Source of the DNA: Octopus vulgaris
Taxonomy: Eukaryota
Length of the DNA: 64,000 nt
Direction of reading: 5' to 3'
Assembly: GCA_951406725.2 (NCBI GenBank)
Contig: OX597818.1
Coordinates: forward strand, 87,234,001 to 87,298,000
Below, piece by piece: positions 39,865-53,078 of this stretch. The notes below the pieces were generated by a model. That model was given only the letters and a program-made list of their open reading frames with translations. It searched no databases and was not told the origin of the DNA. Positions within the stretch are counted from its first letter, which is position 1, and every line of letters begins with the position of its first letter. The position numbers were made by a program, and so were the translations under genes.

Positions 39865-42800
39865 AAATTAATTCTACAAAGTGAATGTTCTGTTTTGCAG
39901 ATTGCTTGTAAGAGAGATCTTTATATTATAAGTAAAAAAGGTCATTTTTGCGGAAAAGTTAGTAAGAATTGCAATGTTGCTCTCTCTGATGACTATCATG
40001 CTTCAAGTTAATGTAGCTATATTCTATAATTCCTGTGTGATCGACATAATTTGTGCACATCCAGCTTTTTCTTCTTCATTTCAATTCTTTTGTCTTATTT
40101 CGTTTCAGAGAAACTTGAGGTCATAAGACTTGTTTTTTGACATCTTAAATACCTATGTATGTATGTGTGAGATATATATATATATATTCGCGTGTGTATG
40201 TTAAAAGTATGTATGAAGATACAAAATACTGGTTAAGCTAGTTCTAAAAGCTTGTAACTTTGGTCCTCTCACTTATGTAAATTTTATGTATACATTTTCA
40301 CTTGTGTACATATCTTGTATTCATCTGTGTTTGAACAGAAGGCCACTTGACTTACGTATGCATACAAGAGTGCATACATGTGCACACAGACACACTGTTG
40401 ACTACTGTCGTGTATAGTAGTTGTTGCAGGTAAACTCTGGGCTGCACCAACTGTCCTGGCATCATGTAATGCAACATTTTAATTTGCAGGGTTTAATTTT
40501 AAGAGCATACTGAAATCACAGTAGCGCTTTATATGGGGTGGCAACAAAGCCTTGTATGATAACGTCCACACCAAACCATCCCAGCAATTGTTTTCGTGAG
40601 GTTGAAACTTCTTAAAATTCAATGCAAGACTTTCTATCATATAGTATTTGTTACAAACAAAGTGATAAAAACTCAATACTTGTAATAGAGTAAGTATATT
40701 TTTTATTAAGAGTGACTATTGTGGCCATTCCTACTGTTTTGATCTGGCCAGGCGGTCCAGTCCTATGATGGCATTTTAAAGAATATTGTGCATATGAGTG
40801 AGTGTGAATGAAGTATGAACAGGATATTTAATTACTGGGACGTGCCTGTTAGCTTTTCTAGTCACAACTCTCTTGGAACGCTTGACCTCGGCATTAACAA
40901 AAGTATCAGCAATTACCGTTCTTCTATGTCTTAGAAACAAACTGTACCTATTTAGAGCTGGGTAACTTGATGCAGCTCAGTAGCTTTGTCACAGAGACTA
41001 TTGGCAGCATTATTTGCATATAATGCACTGAACCATTCAGCTGATTGACCAACATCCTGTTATCTCGGTCATATGTGCCTGTGTAAATAAATGTAATTCA
41101 AATAATTAAATCAATAATTGTTAATATGACAAAATGTATTTTGTCGGAATAACAATTATGGATTAAAAATTTTACTGCCTCTCAGATTTATCATTGAGAT
41201 CTTTATTCTAAGTGGCTGGACATACCTCCTTTGGAACCAGTCACCCCTGGAATAAATATATAATTATACATACCTAGACATTGTATGTAGCATAACCTGT
41301 ATATATGGTGGACTAACTAAATAGGGCACAAGTATCTTCAACTTCAAGGTACCTTGTTTAATTGATACAAATAATTCTCTCGTCATATAATGCCTGCTCT
41401 GTCTGTATCTCAATAGATGTTTGTGTATGTCACATTATTTTGAGAAATACCAGTTATGTATTGGAAGGTCTTTTCAATTGATTATATGTATATGTGTATA
41501 TATATATATATATACACCCTTCCTTCTATCTATAATTTACAGTTTTGTGTCAGTCAATGTGAAGTCATCATGATTGGGGCATGTTGGTGCATACACAGAA
41601 TATAATACGGCAAAGTTTTTTTCCAATACGAAATAATCCTATGTAGAGTGATCTCATGCTGAATGTAATAACTCACATATACCATTTTTACTTTCGATAA
41701 TTTTTCAACGTATTGGGGGAAATGTTATTTTGAAGAACAACCTGTGGAGAACGTGGGATAGAGATCTGGTGACACCCTGACAATTTCAATTGATCCTGGG
41801 TATATGAAGCTGATGCAGTAAGCACCTGGGTAGTTCATATTAGTGCAAATTAAGTAAAATGCATTTCTTGCTTCTGGCAACTTCCTTCTTTCTCTGAGAA
41901 AAAAAAAACAAACTTTTCTACAACCACCCAAGCCATGCTATTATTACCTAACTCAATCTGCATAAATCTCAGTGTATCAGTTCTTGGGTTGTGTCGCTGT
42001 CACCTTCCTATCCTTTACATAATGTTTCGCCTCTGCCAGCTTTGCTATTTATTTCTGCTTCTCTATAAGCAGATTAAAAGTGATCTGTATAATTATGCAA
42101 TGGTTAGCTTAATCTATTGGCTTTATAAATTAGCTGTAAAAAATTAAAAGCAAAAAAAAAAAAAAAAAGCACAAATAAAATAGACCAGCCACACTGACAG
42201 CCTTAAGAAATGAATGAAGATAAACGGGGGTGGTGCCAGCAACTGTCATTAACCCACCCCACATATATACATATATGTATAGGGTGGCCCATGTCACAAA
42301 GGTGTTAATTCATCTATGCCGTTTTAAACCTACGATAACTTAGCACCTCATACAGTATATACAAGAAGAGCCACAGATTGTGAATTACATATAAAAAAAA
42401 TGTACTAAACCTTGAAACCCTCTGTGACTTTTGGGGGCTCCCCTTTATATATATGTACACACACACACAAAACCCAAATTCATTTCCTTTTTTTTTTTTT
42501 TTTTGGTGTGTTCCATCGCTGCCTGAGATGTAAAGCTTTCTTGCTTCACATTCACTTTAAATGCTCTTCAAATGTGCTTCTTCAAAATAATACCCTTGTC
42601 TTCCTATACAACTTCACCCACTCCCAATCTCTACTCTACCACTACGAAAAATCATGTCAAACTAACTCCCAACTCCTTGTTTCTGTTCTTCAAAGTGGTC
42701 CCAGACGACCCCACCCCACTCCCTTCACTACAGAAAAAATTTTTTTTTTTACTGGCAAACTCTGCCAATGTGCAAGCCTTGCTGACGATCTCTGTAATTT

Positions 42801-42915
42801 AAGTTCATAGCCCCTTTCCATCCCCCCTGGTTTTTCTTACTTGGTCCACTTGACCTATGGATATGTCTCTGACAGCATAACTGATATTGAATAAAAGAAT
42901 TTGTACAAATAATCT
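37070..42915 (+). other. Probable long 3' UTR of the Caskin-like gene with several candidate poly(A) signals
   Basis: about 5.8 kb nearly free of the SINEs that fill the introns; AATAAA at 42890-42895 followed by a GT/T-rich tract; further AATAAA near 38450, 41086 and 42174; true end not determinable. Confidence 0.5.
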
Positions 42916-45049
42916 TTTGTTATCTTTGGATTCCTTTTTTTTTTTTTTCATTTCTTATCCATGCTGACAAATAACTTTATTCTGTCAAAACACATATACA
43001 ACAGGCTTCTTTTCAGTTTCCGTCTACCAAATCCACTGACAAGGCTTTGGTCGGCCCAAGGTGCCACACAGTGGGACTGAACCCAGAATCATGTGATTGG
43101 TAAACAAGCTACTTACCACACAGCCACTCCTACACCTACTGCTTAAATAATCATCATATCCCAATGAGTGACTATCTCTGATAGACATAACACTGGCTAC
43201 ACTTTCAGGTTTTCTTTTTGATAAAATTTTCAAAAATAATCCAAGTTTACAATTAAGTCTGAATTGTTCACAAAGTCCTGCTAATTCACATAATTCAACC
43301 AAAGGGAAAAGTGTCATGAAATGCAGAGTGGAATGAGAACAGTGTACATCTGCAGGTCAAATACAGGGTCAGGTTTGAAATTCTTATACAACCATAAGAC
43401 AGATGAAGAAGGCTGGAGTGTACATGGATGAAGCAGTGAAAGCAACAATCAAGATTAGAACATGAGACCAATTGTAAACAGTATAAAATATACTGCTCCT
43501 TTTTCTTTTTTGCAAATTAATTTTGAAAATAAAGAATTTAATAAAATTTACATTATCAAGACTGTTGTCCAAACATAAAATTACTACCAACTACCCCACC
43601 CAAAGATGTAGCAAGGAACAAGGAAAATAATGCACAAAGTAGCTTGCTTAGGACATCTGCCCAATGGAAAACACTAAAACAGTAGCTCCAATCATGGGTT
43701 ATCTTTCTATTACCAGGTGCACAATCTATTGCAACACCATTTCAAGAACAATGGCTGTGAGAGAGTCTAAAACAAGAAAATTACAACAATGCTGCATTAC
43801 AGTGGTGTCAGGTGTGGCAAGGAAACCACCACATCACTTGATTTATTTTTCTCTTCGGTTTTACAAACTCCGTGTATACATGTAAAATGTGAGTTCATAT
43901 TTCTCTATACTTTTAGTTCCTACTCAAACCGTGTACAGATTACAACCATCTCATGAACTTGCATCCTTGAGGACCACTGTAATGGTTGTGAGAAAAAACA
44001 AAAAGTGGCTGTGTGGTAAGTAGCTTGCTAACCAACCACATGGGTCCGGATTCAGTCCCCCTAGCATTGCTTGACAACCGATGCTGGTGTGTTTGCGTCC
44101 CCGTCACTTAGCGGTTCAGCAAAAGAGACCGATAGAATAAGTACTGGGCTAACAAAGAAAAAGTCCCGGGGTCGATTTGATCTCGACTGAAGGCGGTGCT
44201 CCAGCATGGCCGCAGTCAAATGACTGAAACAAGTAAAAGAGAAAAGAGAGTATACTACTTTGACAAGGGGGGGACAACTACAAGAATACAAAAGTAAAAG
44301 AGGTAATCCAGGGCGGAATTAAGCGTTGCATGACAAGACATTTAAGATATGCAGAATGGCTAGCAGCTAAACTAGAGGCAAGACAAACTGAGAATAAGAG
44401 ATCAGCAAATCACACTTGCTATTCTACAAGATTGTTTTATCAGTATTTGCAACACTACCATTACAGGTATTTAATACAAAATAACGATCTACATCAATGG
44501 TTCTCAACCAGGGACCATCTAAAGGGTTTGTTGTTAAAATTTATGTACAATAAATTGGATTTACTTCTACAAAAATATTTTAGCAGTTTTCAAATACATC
44601 TAATAAATAATTATAAAAATATAATTTTTTTTAAACATTTAGTTGTGAGGATCCATGCGAAATACTGACACTAGTATCAGTCAGATAGGGTTTGTCAAGA
44701 CAGGTTTTACTTTGGCCCAATGCCCTTGTCAACAACCATCACCTATTTCCAGCTAAGGTTATATCTCCACATGACCAGACTGCAAACTGATTGTCAAGAC
44801 TAGAGCAGCTTTTCTCATATTGTTCCACAAAAACTCCAAGGAACAGCACCGTACATGAAGTAATAGAACTAATCCAGATGTACAACACCACAACCCTTTT
44901 AGTATTCAGATTGTCAATTGTGAAGTTTATATTATTATAAATTATCACACATTTATCTTATAGTTTACAGACGTTGAAGTGATTGTTTAATTTCAGAATG
45001 GCATTGTAGAGTTGAGGCAAGAGGACAGTTTCAACATAAAACAGGTTAA

Positions 45050-47553
45050 CCCTTTCGTTACTCTATTTCTGACCAAAATATACCCCTGTGTTTCAATTAA
45101 TTTCTAACATAATCATAAATTTAGTCTGGTTTCATTAAACTATAACTTTTTTATTTATCAATATATTAATGTGACTTTTGGAAGATAATTTAATGAAATG
45201 TTCTCAACCAATTCTATACTATAATTTTTGTCACAAAGTGACTCTAATTGCAGGTAAATTCAACAAAATATAAAATTATTAAAATTTTTGTTTAAACATC
45301 ACTATAGAAAATAGGTTATTAGCTAATATTCAATTGGGTATACAACAAAATTTTACTATAGAATTTGTTATTCTGGGTAACTTTCTGATACCCATAATAT
45401 TTATGGCAAAATAGGCTTTAATTTCATTTAACCCTTTCATTACTATATTTCTGACCAAAATACACCCCTCATGAGTTTCAATTAAATTCTAAAATAATCA
45501 TGAATTTAGGCTTGTTTCATTAAATAACTAACTTTTTTACTTATCAACATATTAATGTGATATTTGGAACATAATTAAAGAAAGGGTTCTTAATCAATTC
45601 TATTGCATAACTTTTGTCTCAAAGTGACTTTAATTACAGGTAAAAATATTAAAATTTTGTTTAAACATCACCATAGAAAATGAATCATCAGCCAATATTC
45701 AAATGGGTATGCAACAAAATTTTGATAAAGAAGAATTGTGCACATCACTAGATCACCAGTTGAATTTAATGCACAACAGGTGTACCATAATGGTGGAATA
45801 AACTGAAATACTGGAATCCACTGCAAGTTTGACCGAACTAAAGAAATCGGTCAAAAAATAATATACGACCCTGGTTATGGTATGGAAGTGATAAATTCCA
45901 GACATCGTTCCCTAGGCCATGCTGACTAACATTATTTTCTCTATAAAAACTAAATCCACAGCAGTACTCAGTATTTTGCTTCACAAATTTTCCGAAATTT
46001 GATCCCCCATTTTTTTTTATCTTTACATCCTGTGTAAATTTGTTTCCGCATTGATCGCTTCAAACAATAACTTCCAGACCACATCGTACCCTAAGCCATG
46101 CTGACTAACAAGTTTCCCTGTATAAAAACTAAATCCACAACAGTACCCAGTATTTGCTTCACAAATTTTCCAAACTTTTGTGTTTGTTTACAATCTGCGT
46201 AAATTTGTTTCCAAAGTGATCGCTTCAAACTAGCATACTGAAAAAAATAAAAGTCTAACGGTTTTGCTTCCTAATAAAAACATTTTTAAAGTTTTTTTAC
46301 TTCATTCCGATGTAAAATCGTCTTTGCTGCTGCCATCGCCGCTTTGTTTCTTCGGAAGGCGCTGCTTTCATTTTCAGATAAAAAAAATCCTATTCATTAT
46401 TTTGTACACCACATGCTTTAGTACCTATTTCATTCTTTTTCTCGATATCTCCCTATTTTCCGTTGAAAAAGCTTTAAATTCGGACTCAATGCTTGATAAC
46501 ATGAAACTCCTATCCATTTTCAAAGTTGAAGAAAAATCGATGCTGAAAAAAATCTCCCAAAATTCACCGAGTTGAGATATCACTTCAAGCAATGTCGGAT
46601 ACTATAACTTAACTATTTACAATGTGAAATCACATGTTTTAACAAATGTACCAATGAGATTTGGGTTCAAATTTACATTTAAATAACAAAGGTTCTCTCG
46701 GCCGGGTTGGTATTATGAACCAAAAATTTTTTCGACCGGGTTAGTAACGAAAGGGTTAAGGCTGTAGGAAACCACAAACTATCCTTTCTTTCGCTTTGTT
46801 TACATTTAGTGTAAACGGTTCGTTTCCGCCTTAATTTTCTGATACCCATAATAATAATATTTATGGCAAAATAGGCCTTAATTTCATTTAAGGCAGTGGG
46901 AAACTACAAACTATCCTTTCTTTCGCTTTGTTTACACTTAGCCTAACGGTTCGTTTCCGCCGTAATGATTTCAAATAGGCTCATTCAAAAAAGTAAAAAG
47001 AAATAGTATAAGGCTTTACTCTCCTGGGAAAGACTGTGGCTTGGTCCAGTTTCTTCAGAAAAATCACTGAAAGAAAAAGCTTTTAAATTTTCACTCCATT
47101 CAGGTGCCAATTCATTTTCTTTATCGCTGTCGGATTCACTGCTTTCATTTTCGGAAAATGAAACATTGGATTCATTATCAAATACCACATGCTTTTTTTT
47201 TTTTTCAGTCATAGAGTTAGATTTATCAAGGTCTTCAGTAGAAAATCCTTCGAATTCTGACTCGCTGCTTGATATAATGAAATTCGTATCCATTTTTTGT
47301 CAGAATTACAAATTTTGAAAACACAATAGGAACAAATTTGGGGGAAAAATCTCCCAAAATTCACGGAATTAAAATTACACTTTCATTGTTGTACAAAACT
47401 GTAGATGAACTTTTTACGAAGTATAATCACGTGTTTTCACGAATGTACTAAAGAGATTTGCTCTGATATTCTCATTTAAATATGAATAGGTAATTTCGGA
47501 CGGCTTGGTCACATGAACCAAAATTTTTTTCAGGCGGCTTGGTAACAAAAGGG
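45050..47553 (-). mobile_element. Non-autonomous piggyBac element (outer) with N-terminal transposase remnant at 46985-47293
   Basis: TTAA|CCCTTTCGTTAC ... GTAACAAAAGGG|TTAA termini; acidic N-terminus with W..FSEETGP..LYYFFLLF typical of piggyBac transposases. Confidence 0.85.
45432..46755 (-). mobile_element. Related piggyBac derivative nested in the outer element
   Basis: TTAA TSD at 45428-45431 and 46756-46759, same TIRs, paralogous start MDRSFMLSSIESEFKAFSTE ending near 46516. Confidence 0.85.
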
Positions 47554-47964
47554 TTAAATATTCTGGCCAGATAGATATGGCTAGTTTGAATTATTATTTA
47601 ACATGTATTGCCCATGCTGGCATGACATGACCATCTGATTTGGCATGGTTTCTACAGCTGGATGTCCTTAACACCAACCACTCCACAAATGGGTGCTTTT
47701 ACATGCCAGTTGCATGGCACCAGTATCTTCCATGGATATTTGTATTAGTCTTAGAGACAGATTAGTATAAAAAATATTCAGGATATTTAAGTGAGCTAAG
47801 AATCAAAGTGGATTTTAACTCATTTGCCACAGCACCAATGAGTAATGTCCTCCACTAACATACACAGATGCAATTTGAACCTGAGAGAGAGAGAGAGCAT
47901 AGGGATGCTGAAGAAATATCATTAAGCATTCTATACAATGCTCTGATAATTGCCATTTTGCCAC

Positions 47965-48024
47965 CCAAAAAAAAAAAAAAAAAAGCACAAAGACAAGTGT
48001 ACAAGTTCCCTCAAGGCATTTATT
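47965..48024 (-). terminator. RPL18 polyadenylation signal and downstream GU/U-rich element
   Basis: AATAAA on minus at 48019-48024, about 100 nt past the stop, followed by TTGTCTTTGTGC and a T-run. Confidence 0.7.
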
Positions 48025-48120
48025 GTTGTCCTTTGATGGACACTCCTCAAAAAGGAATAAAAAACAAAAGCAACTGAATACTTTAGAGTTATTTTACTTT
48101 GGAAACAAACCAATACAGAA

Positions 48121-48196
48121 TTAGTTCTTGAAACCTCTGCTCTTCCTGCGACCCCGAGCCCGTTCAAATTTTCGGCCTTTAGAACGTACATATGGC
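48121..48196 (-). CDS. RPL18: RPL18 last coding exon (PYVRSKGRKFERARGRRKSRGFKN*)
   Basis: tttcag acceptor; canonical eL18 C-terminus; stop at 48121-48123. Confidence 0.98.
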
Positions 48197-48574
48197 CTGA
48201 AAGAAAGAATTGATGAAAGGGATTACAAAAACATAACTAAACCACCATCATATTTTAATCAAAATCAACCTAATATACAGGTACACCTGCTGTGTAGGTA
48301 GGTAGGCACCTAAACTTTGGATTGGCGTAAATGAATTAAGCTGGTGTTTGAGACAAATCAATTTAGATAACTTTACACAGCTCTATGCCATCACCAATAG
48401 GACAGCTTCAGTAACAGAAATAAATTTATCAAATCTAGTATATATTGTCCCCAAGTTGTACTTGAGTCACAGCAGAGAGTTAAAAGTATGTTAATCACTC
48501 AGTGGAAGCCTCAGAAAGAGGTAGCTAACACCAGAGGGTAGTAGGGTAAAAAGAAAACAAAACAAGATACTTAC

Positions 48575-48644
48575 TTAGTGTGACTGTGGGGAACACCAGG
48601 TGCCGGACCGAAATGGCGATAAACCTTGCGGCCTTTACGACGTC
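48575..48644 (-). CDS. RPL18: RPL18 exon ([24 protein letters not shown])
   Basis: ttgcag acceptor, AA|gtaagt donor; RHFGxAPGxPHSHTK motif. Confidence 0.97.
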
Positions 48645-48767
48645 CTGCAAAAAGAAAGAGTCGAAACAGTAACGAGCCAATTCTTAAGCTTGTGTTATTA
48701 TTATTATTATTAAATTTGTTACCAGGTCATCACAAGAGAACAGAACCAAATATTAAAATATACTTAC

Positions 48768-48891
48768 CCTGTAGCAGGGAGGTATGTCTGCCCTTGGGTG
48801 CTATCATTGCCAACTGGTCAAAAGTCAAAATCTCACCCTCGCTCTTAAGAACTCTAGCGCGAGCTTGGTCTGTCATCTTCAGAGCACAGAT
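48768..48891 (-). CDS. RPL18: RPL18 exon ([42 protein letters not shown])
   Basis: tttccag acceptor, CAGG|gtaagt donor; [13 protein letters not shown] motif. Confidence 0.97.
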
Positions 48892-49187
48892 CTGGAAAGA
48901 CAAAGCAGGCACTCAGTACAAGATAATATTACCATAGAACTTTATTTGAACAGCTGTAAACGAGAAAGTAGCAGCTAAATATCACACAAGTCACAAACCA
49001 CCATTAAAAAAGAAATCATGTATAAAAACTGCAGGCAACCCAGACTACTTTTTTAAGCATGAGATTGCTCATGCCAAAAAGGCTTGAAACCACAGTAGCA
49101 TAAAAAGCCTAAAAATTCAAAGGTGTTTGACAGAAAGCTGAAAGGGTTGTAAGTGATAGTTCAGTTGGTGCAACTATCCCATACAAG

Positions 49188-49505
49188 AGACAGATTAGTA
49201 TAAAAAATATTCAGGATATTCAAGTGAGCTAAGAATCAAAGTAGATTTTATCTCATTTGCCACAGCACCAATGAGTAATGTCCTCCACCAACATACACAT
49301 TGGTGCACACAGATGCAATTTGAACCTGAGAGAGAGAGAGAGAGAGAGAGCATAGGGATGCTGAAGAAATAGCATTAAGCATTCTATACAATGCTCTGAT
49401 AATTGCCATTCTGCCATCTGGAGGAAAAAAAAAAAAAAAAAAAAGCACAAAGACAAGTGTGCAAGTTCCCTCAAGGCATTTATTGTTGTCCTTTGATGAA
49501 CACTC
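49188..49505 (-). repeat. Intronic duplicate of the RPL18 3' end/downstream flank (47755-48045)
   Basis: about 300 bp of high identity in the same orientation, including AATAAA at 49479-49484 and the U-rich downstream element. Confidence 0.92.
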
Positions 49506-49941
49506 AATAACCCAGCTGTAATCTCAATATTTAAACCGGCCACACCTGGATCAAATATTCTACCTGTTTTATCAAACCAGCTGGATTTAGCCTCATACTG
49601 ACCTAATAATGTCATTCTAAACACAAACAACCACAGCATCGAAATCCTGAAGCTATTAAATAATGCACGATTGATTGAAAACAATGTAATAAAAAGTATA
49701 ACAGTTGCCAAAATTATCTGAATCCTGAAGAGGTAAACTTAATGAACATACACAACATTATAAAATTTAAGGCTTCTGTTATAAACAGTAAAACTGAATG
49801 GAACAGATAAATACCAGAGAAGCCCTAAATATAATGTATTACCTCAATGTAATAACCATTTGTGCAGCATACCGATGCACAAATAACTTCACAACAAACA
49901 AATTTCCTTGCTCTAAAAATTAAGACCAATGCAAACATACT

Positions 49942-50016
49942 TGACCACTCAGTGGATTGGCTAGGTACAATCACAAACAATCAGAGCCACGGAAGAAGTT
50001 TTCATCATAGTGGTCA
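49942..50016 (-). ncRNA. Box C/D snoRNA family 1, copy 1
   Basis: minus strand TGACCAC-T-ATGATGA(C)...CTGA(D')...GTGATTG(C')-TACCTAGCCAATCCA-CTGA(D)-GTGGTCA; 7-bp terminal stem; intronic and sense to RPL18. Confidence 0.9.
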
Positions 50017-50678
50017 GTCAAATCAGTTAGTTGAAGTTAATAAAGAGGAACACGTAACAACACTGGCAAATGGGCTATGGTGAGAAGGGCTTAAATCTTG
50101 CAGGTGGTCAAAGAATTATTATACTCATTACTGTAAACCAAAGTCACACAGATGTGGATAGATTGCATTTAGATTGAGGAGCATATAATGCACAAATGAG
50201 TATATTTTACCCCTTTGTTACAATATCCATGTTGAATTACAGTAGCTTTTTCAACATGATTATGTATAGCTGGTAGAAAGTAGAAAAATTTGTCAAGTTC
50301 CTGTCCAAAAATAATTGGAACAAGGGATCTAACAAAAAATGGCACATCATAACTTCGACCGATGGAAAATTCTATTACTAAGACCCTTGGTAGTCACTTG
50401 ACCTCGTACAAATAATCCAGTGCTTCTTGATATATTATATTATGCCCCGGATAAAACCATCAGGCTGCCAAAAAAAATTCATATAAGACAGACCTAACAA
50501 ACATTACAAAAGAGATAGAAATCCCAGATACATTTAACAATAATTAAACAGACATAAGATACAAGAAGCTCTAAATAGATTTTACTACCTCATAGTTTAC
50601 CAGCCTACAACTGACATAATCACTCCTGCACTATATCAAAAAGACATAAGATATTTCCCTACCATGTGTATATAAATT

Positions 50679-50753
50679 TGACCACTCAGTGGATTGGCTA
50701 GATACAATCACAAACAATCAGAGCCACGGAAGAAGTTTTCATCATAGTGGTCA
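50679..50753 (-). ncRNA. Box C/D snoRNA family 1, copy 2 (guide variant TATCTAGCCAATCCA)
   Basis: same boxes and stem as copy 1. Confidence 0.88.
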
Positions 50754-51127
50754 GTCAGATCAGTTAGTTGAAGTTGGAATTAATATTATACTCATTACTG
50801 TAAATAAAAGTCACATGGATAAATTGCATTTATATTGAGGAGCATACAATGCACAAATGAGTATATTTGGCCCCCCTTGTTGCAATATCCTGGTTGAATT
50901 AAAGTACCTTTTTCATATAGTTTAAGGAAAATTTGTCAAGATCCCGTCCAAAAATAATTGGAACAAGGGGTTGAAAATTCCTTTTGAATATATCTTTTAG
51001 ATTTGCAGTATATAAACATCAAAGATGCCTAACAGGTGTCTTTAATAATTTCTGACGTCCATACATTGCTAATAAAGAGGAATGAATATCTCCTCTGCCA
51101 ATATCTCCAAGCCAGCCTTTCCTTTAA

Positions 51128-51348
51128 CCCTTTAGTGTTCGCATTATTCTGCCAAAATTAATGCTTCTTCATCTACATTGTTTTGAACTAATCAGGCATT
51201 ATCTTGTAGCTATGAGATTTTGATGAGGTAGCTGTTAATTTTAAAAACGATATTGTAAGGTTGGTGTGAGAGACCAGATAGGGCTAGTTTGAACATAAAA
51301 CAGGTAGAATATTTTTGGCCGGATATGGCCGGTTTAAATGCTAAAGGG
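51128..51348. mobile_element. 221-bp TTAA-specific (piggyBac-type) MITE
   Basis: CCCTTTAG...CTAAAGGG with TTAA TSD; empty site visible in the sister repeat unit near 52810; relatives at about 31345, 44894, 55090, 57947 and 59300. Confidence 0.92.
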
Positions 51349-51618
51349 TTAAGCAAACAAAAAATGGCACATTATAACTTGGACTAATGGAAGATTCAAT
51401 TATAAAAACTGTTGGCAGTCATTTGACTTCGTACAAATAACCCTGTACTCCTAGATATGTCTCAGATAAAGCCATCAGGCCATCAATAAAATCTACCCAA
51501 AACAATTCATTTAAATTATTTTATTACCTCACAGTTTATCAGCCTATAACTAATGTAACAACCGTTCTTATATCAAAAGAAAGATACAAGATATTTCCCT
51601 ACCATGTGTATATAAATT

Positions 51619-51693
51619 TGACCACTCAGTGGATTGGCTAGGTACAATCACAAACAATCAGAGCCACGGAAGAAGTTTTCATCATAGTGGTCA
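51619..51693 (-). ncRNA. Box C/D snoRNA family 1, copy 3
   Basis: identical to copy 1. Confidence 0.88.
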
Positions 51694-52380
51694 GTCAGAT
51701 CAGTTAGTTGAAGTTAATAAAGAGGAACACGTAACAACACTGGCAAATGGGCTATGGTGAGAAGGGCTTAAATCTTGCAGGTGGTCAAGGAATTATTATA
51801 CTCATTACTGTAAACTAAAGTCACACAGATGGGGATAGATTGCATTTAGATTGAGGAGCATATAATGCACAAATGAGTATATTTGACCCCTTTGTTACAA
51901 TATCCATGTTGAATTACAGTAGCTTTTTCAACATGATTATGTAAAGCTGGTAGAAAGTAGAAAAATTTGTCAAGTTCCTGTCCAAAAATAATTGGAACAA
52001 GGGATCTAACAAAAAATGGCACATCATAACTTAGACCGATGGAAAATTAAATTATTAAGACCCTTGGTAGTTACTTGACCTCGTACAAATAATCCAGTGC
52101 TTCTTGATATATTGTATTATGCCCCGGATAAAGCCATCAGGCTGTCAAAAAATCTACCAAAAAAAAATTCATATAAGACATTAGACCTAACAAACATTAC
52201 AAAAGAGATAGAAATCCCAGATACATTTTACTGATTAACAATAATTAAACAGACATAAGATACAAGAAGCTCTAAATAGATTTTATTACCTCATAGTTTA
52301 CCAGCCTACAACTGACATAACAATCACTCCTGCACTATATCAAAAAGACAAGATATTTCCCTACCATGTATATATAAATT

Positions 52381-52455
52381 TGACCACTCAGTGGATTGGC
52401 TAGATACAATCACAAACAATCAGAGCCACGGAAGAAGTTTTCATCATAGTGGTCA
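52381..52455 (-). ncRNA. Box C/D snoRNA family 1, copy 4
   Basis: identical to copy 2. Confidence 0.88.
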
Positions 52456-53078
52456 GTCAGATCAGTTAGTTGAAGTTGGAATTAATATTATACTCATTAC
52501 TGTAAATTAAAGCCACATGGATAAATTGCATTTAGATTGAGGAGCATACAATGCACAAATGAGTATATTTGGCCCCCTTGTTGCAATATCCTGGTTGAAT
52601 TAAAGTACCTTTTTCATATAGTTTGTAGAAAGAGTAGAAGGAAAATTTGTCAAGATCCTGTCCAAAAATAATTGGAACAAGGGATTGAAAATTCCTTTTG
52701 AATATATCTATTAGATCTGCAGTATATAAACATCAAAGATGCCTAACAGGTGTCTTTAATAATTTCTGACGTCCATACATTGCCAATATCTCCAAGCCAG
52801 CCTTTCCTTTAAGCAAACAAAAAATGGCATATTATAACTTGGACTGATGGAAGATTCAATTATAAAAACTGTTGGCAGTCATTTGACCTCGTACAAATAA
52901 CCCTGTACTCCTAGATATGTCTCAGATAAAGCCATCAGGCCATCAATAAAATCTACCCAAAACAATTCATTTAAATTATTTTATTACCTCACAGTTTATC
53001 AGCCTATAACTAATGTAACAACCGTTCTTATATCAAAAGAAAGATACAAGATATTTCCCTACCATGTGTATATAAATT

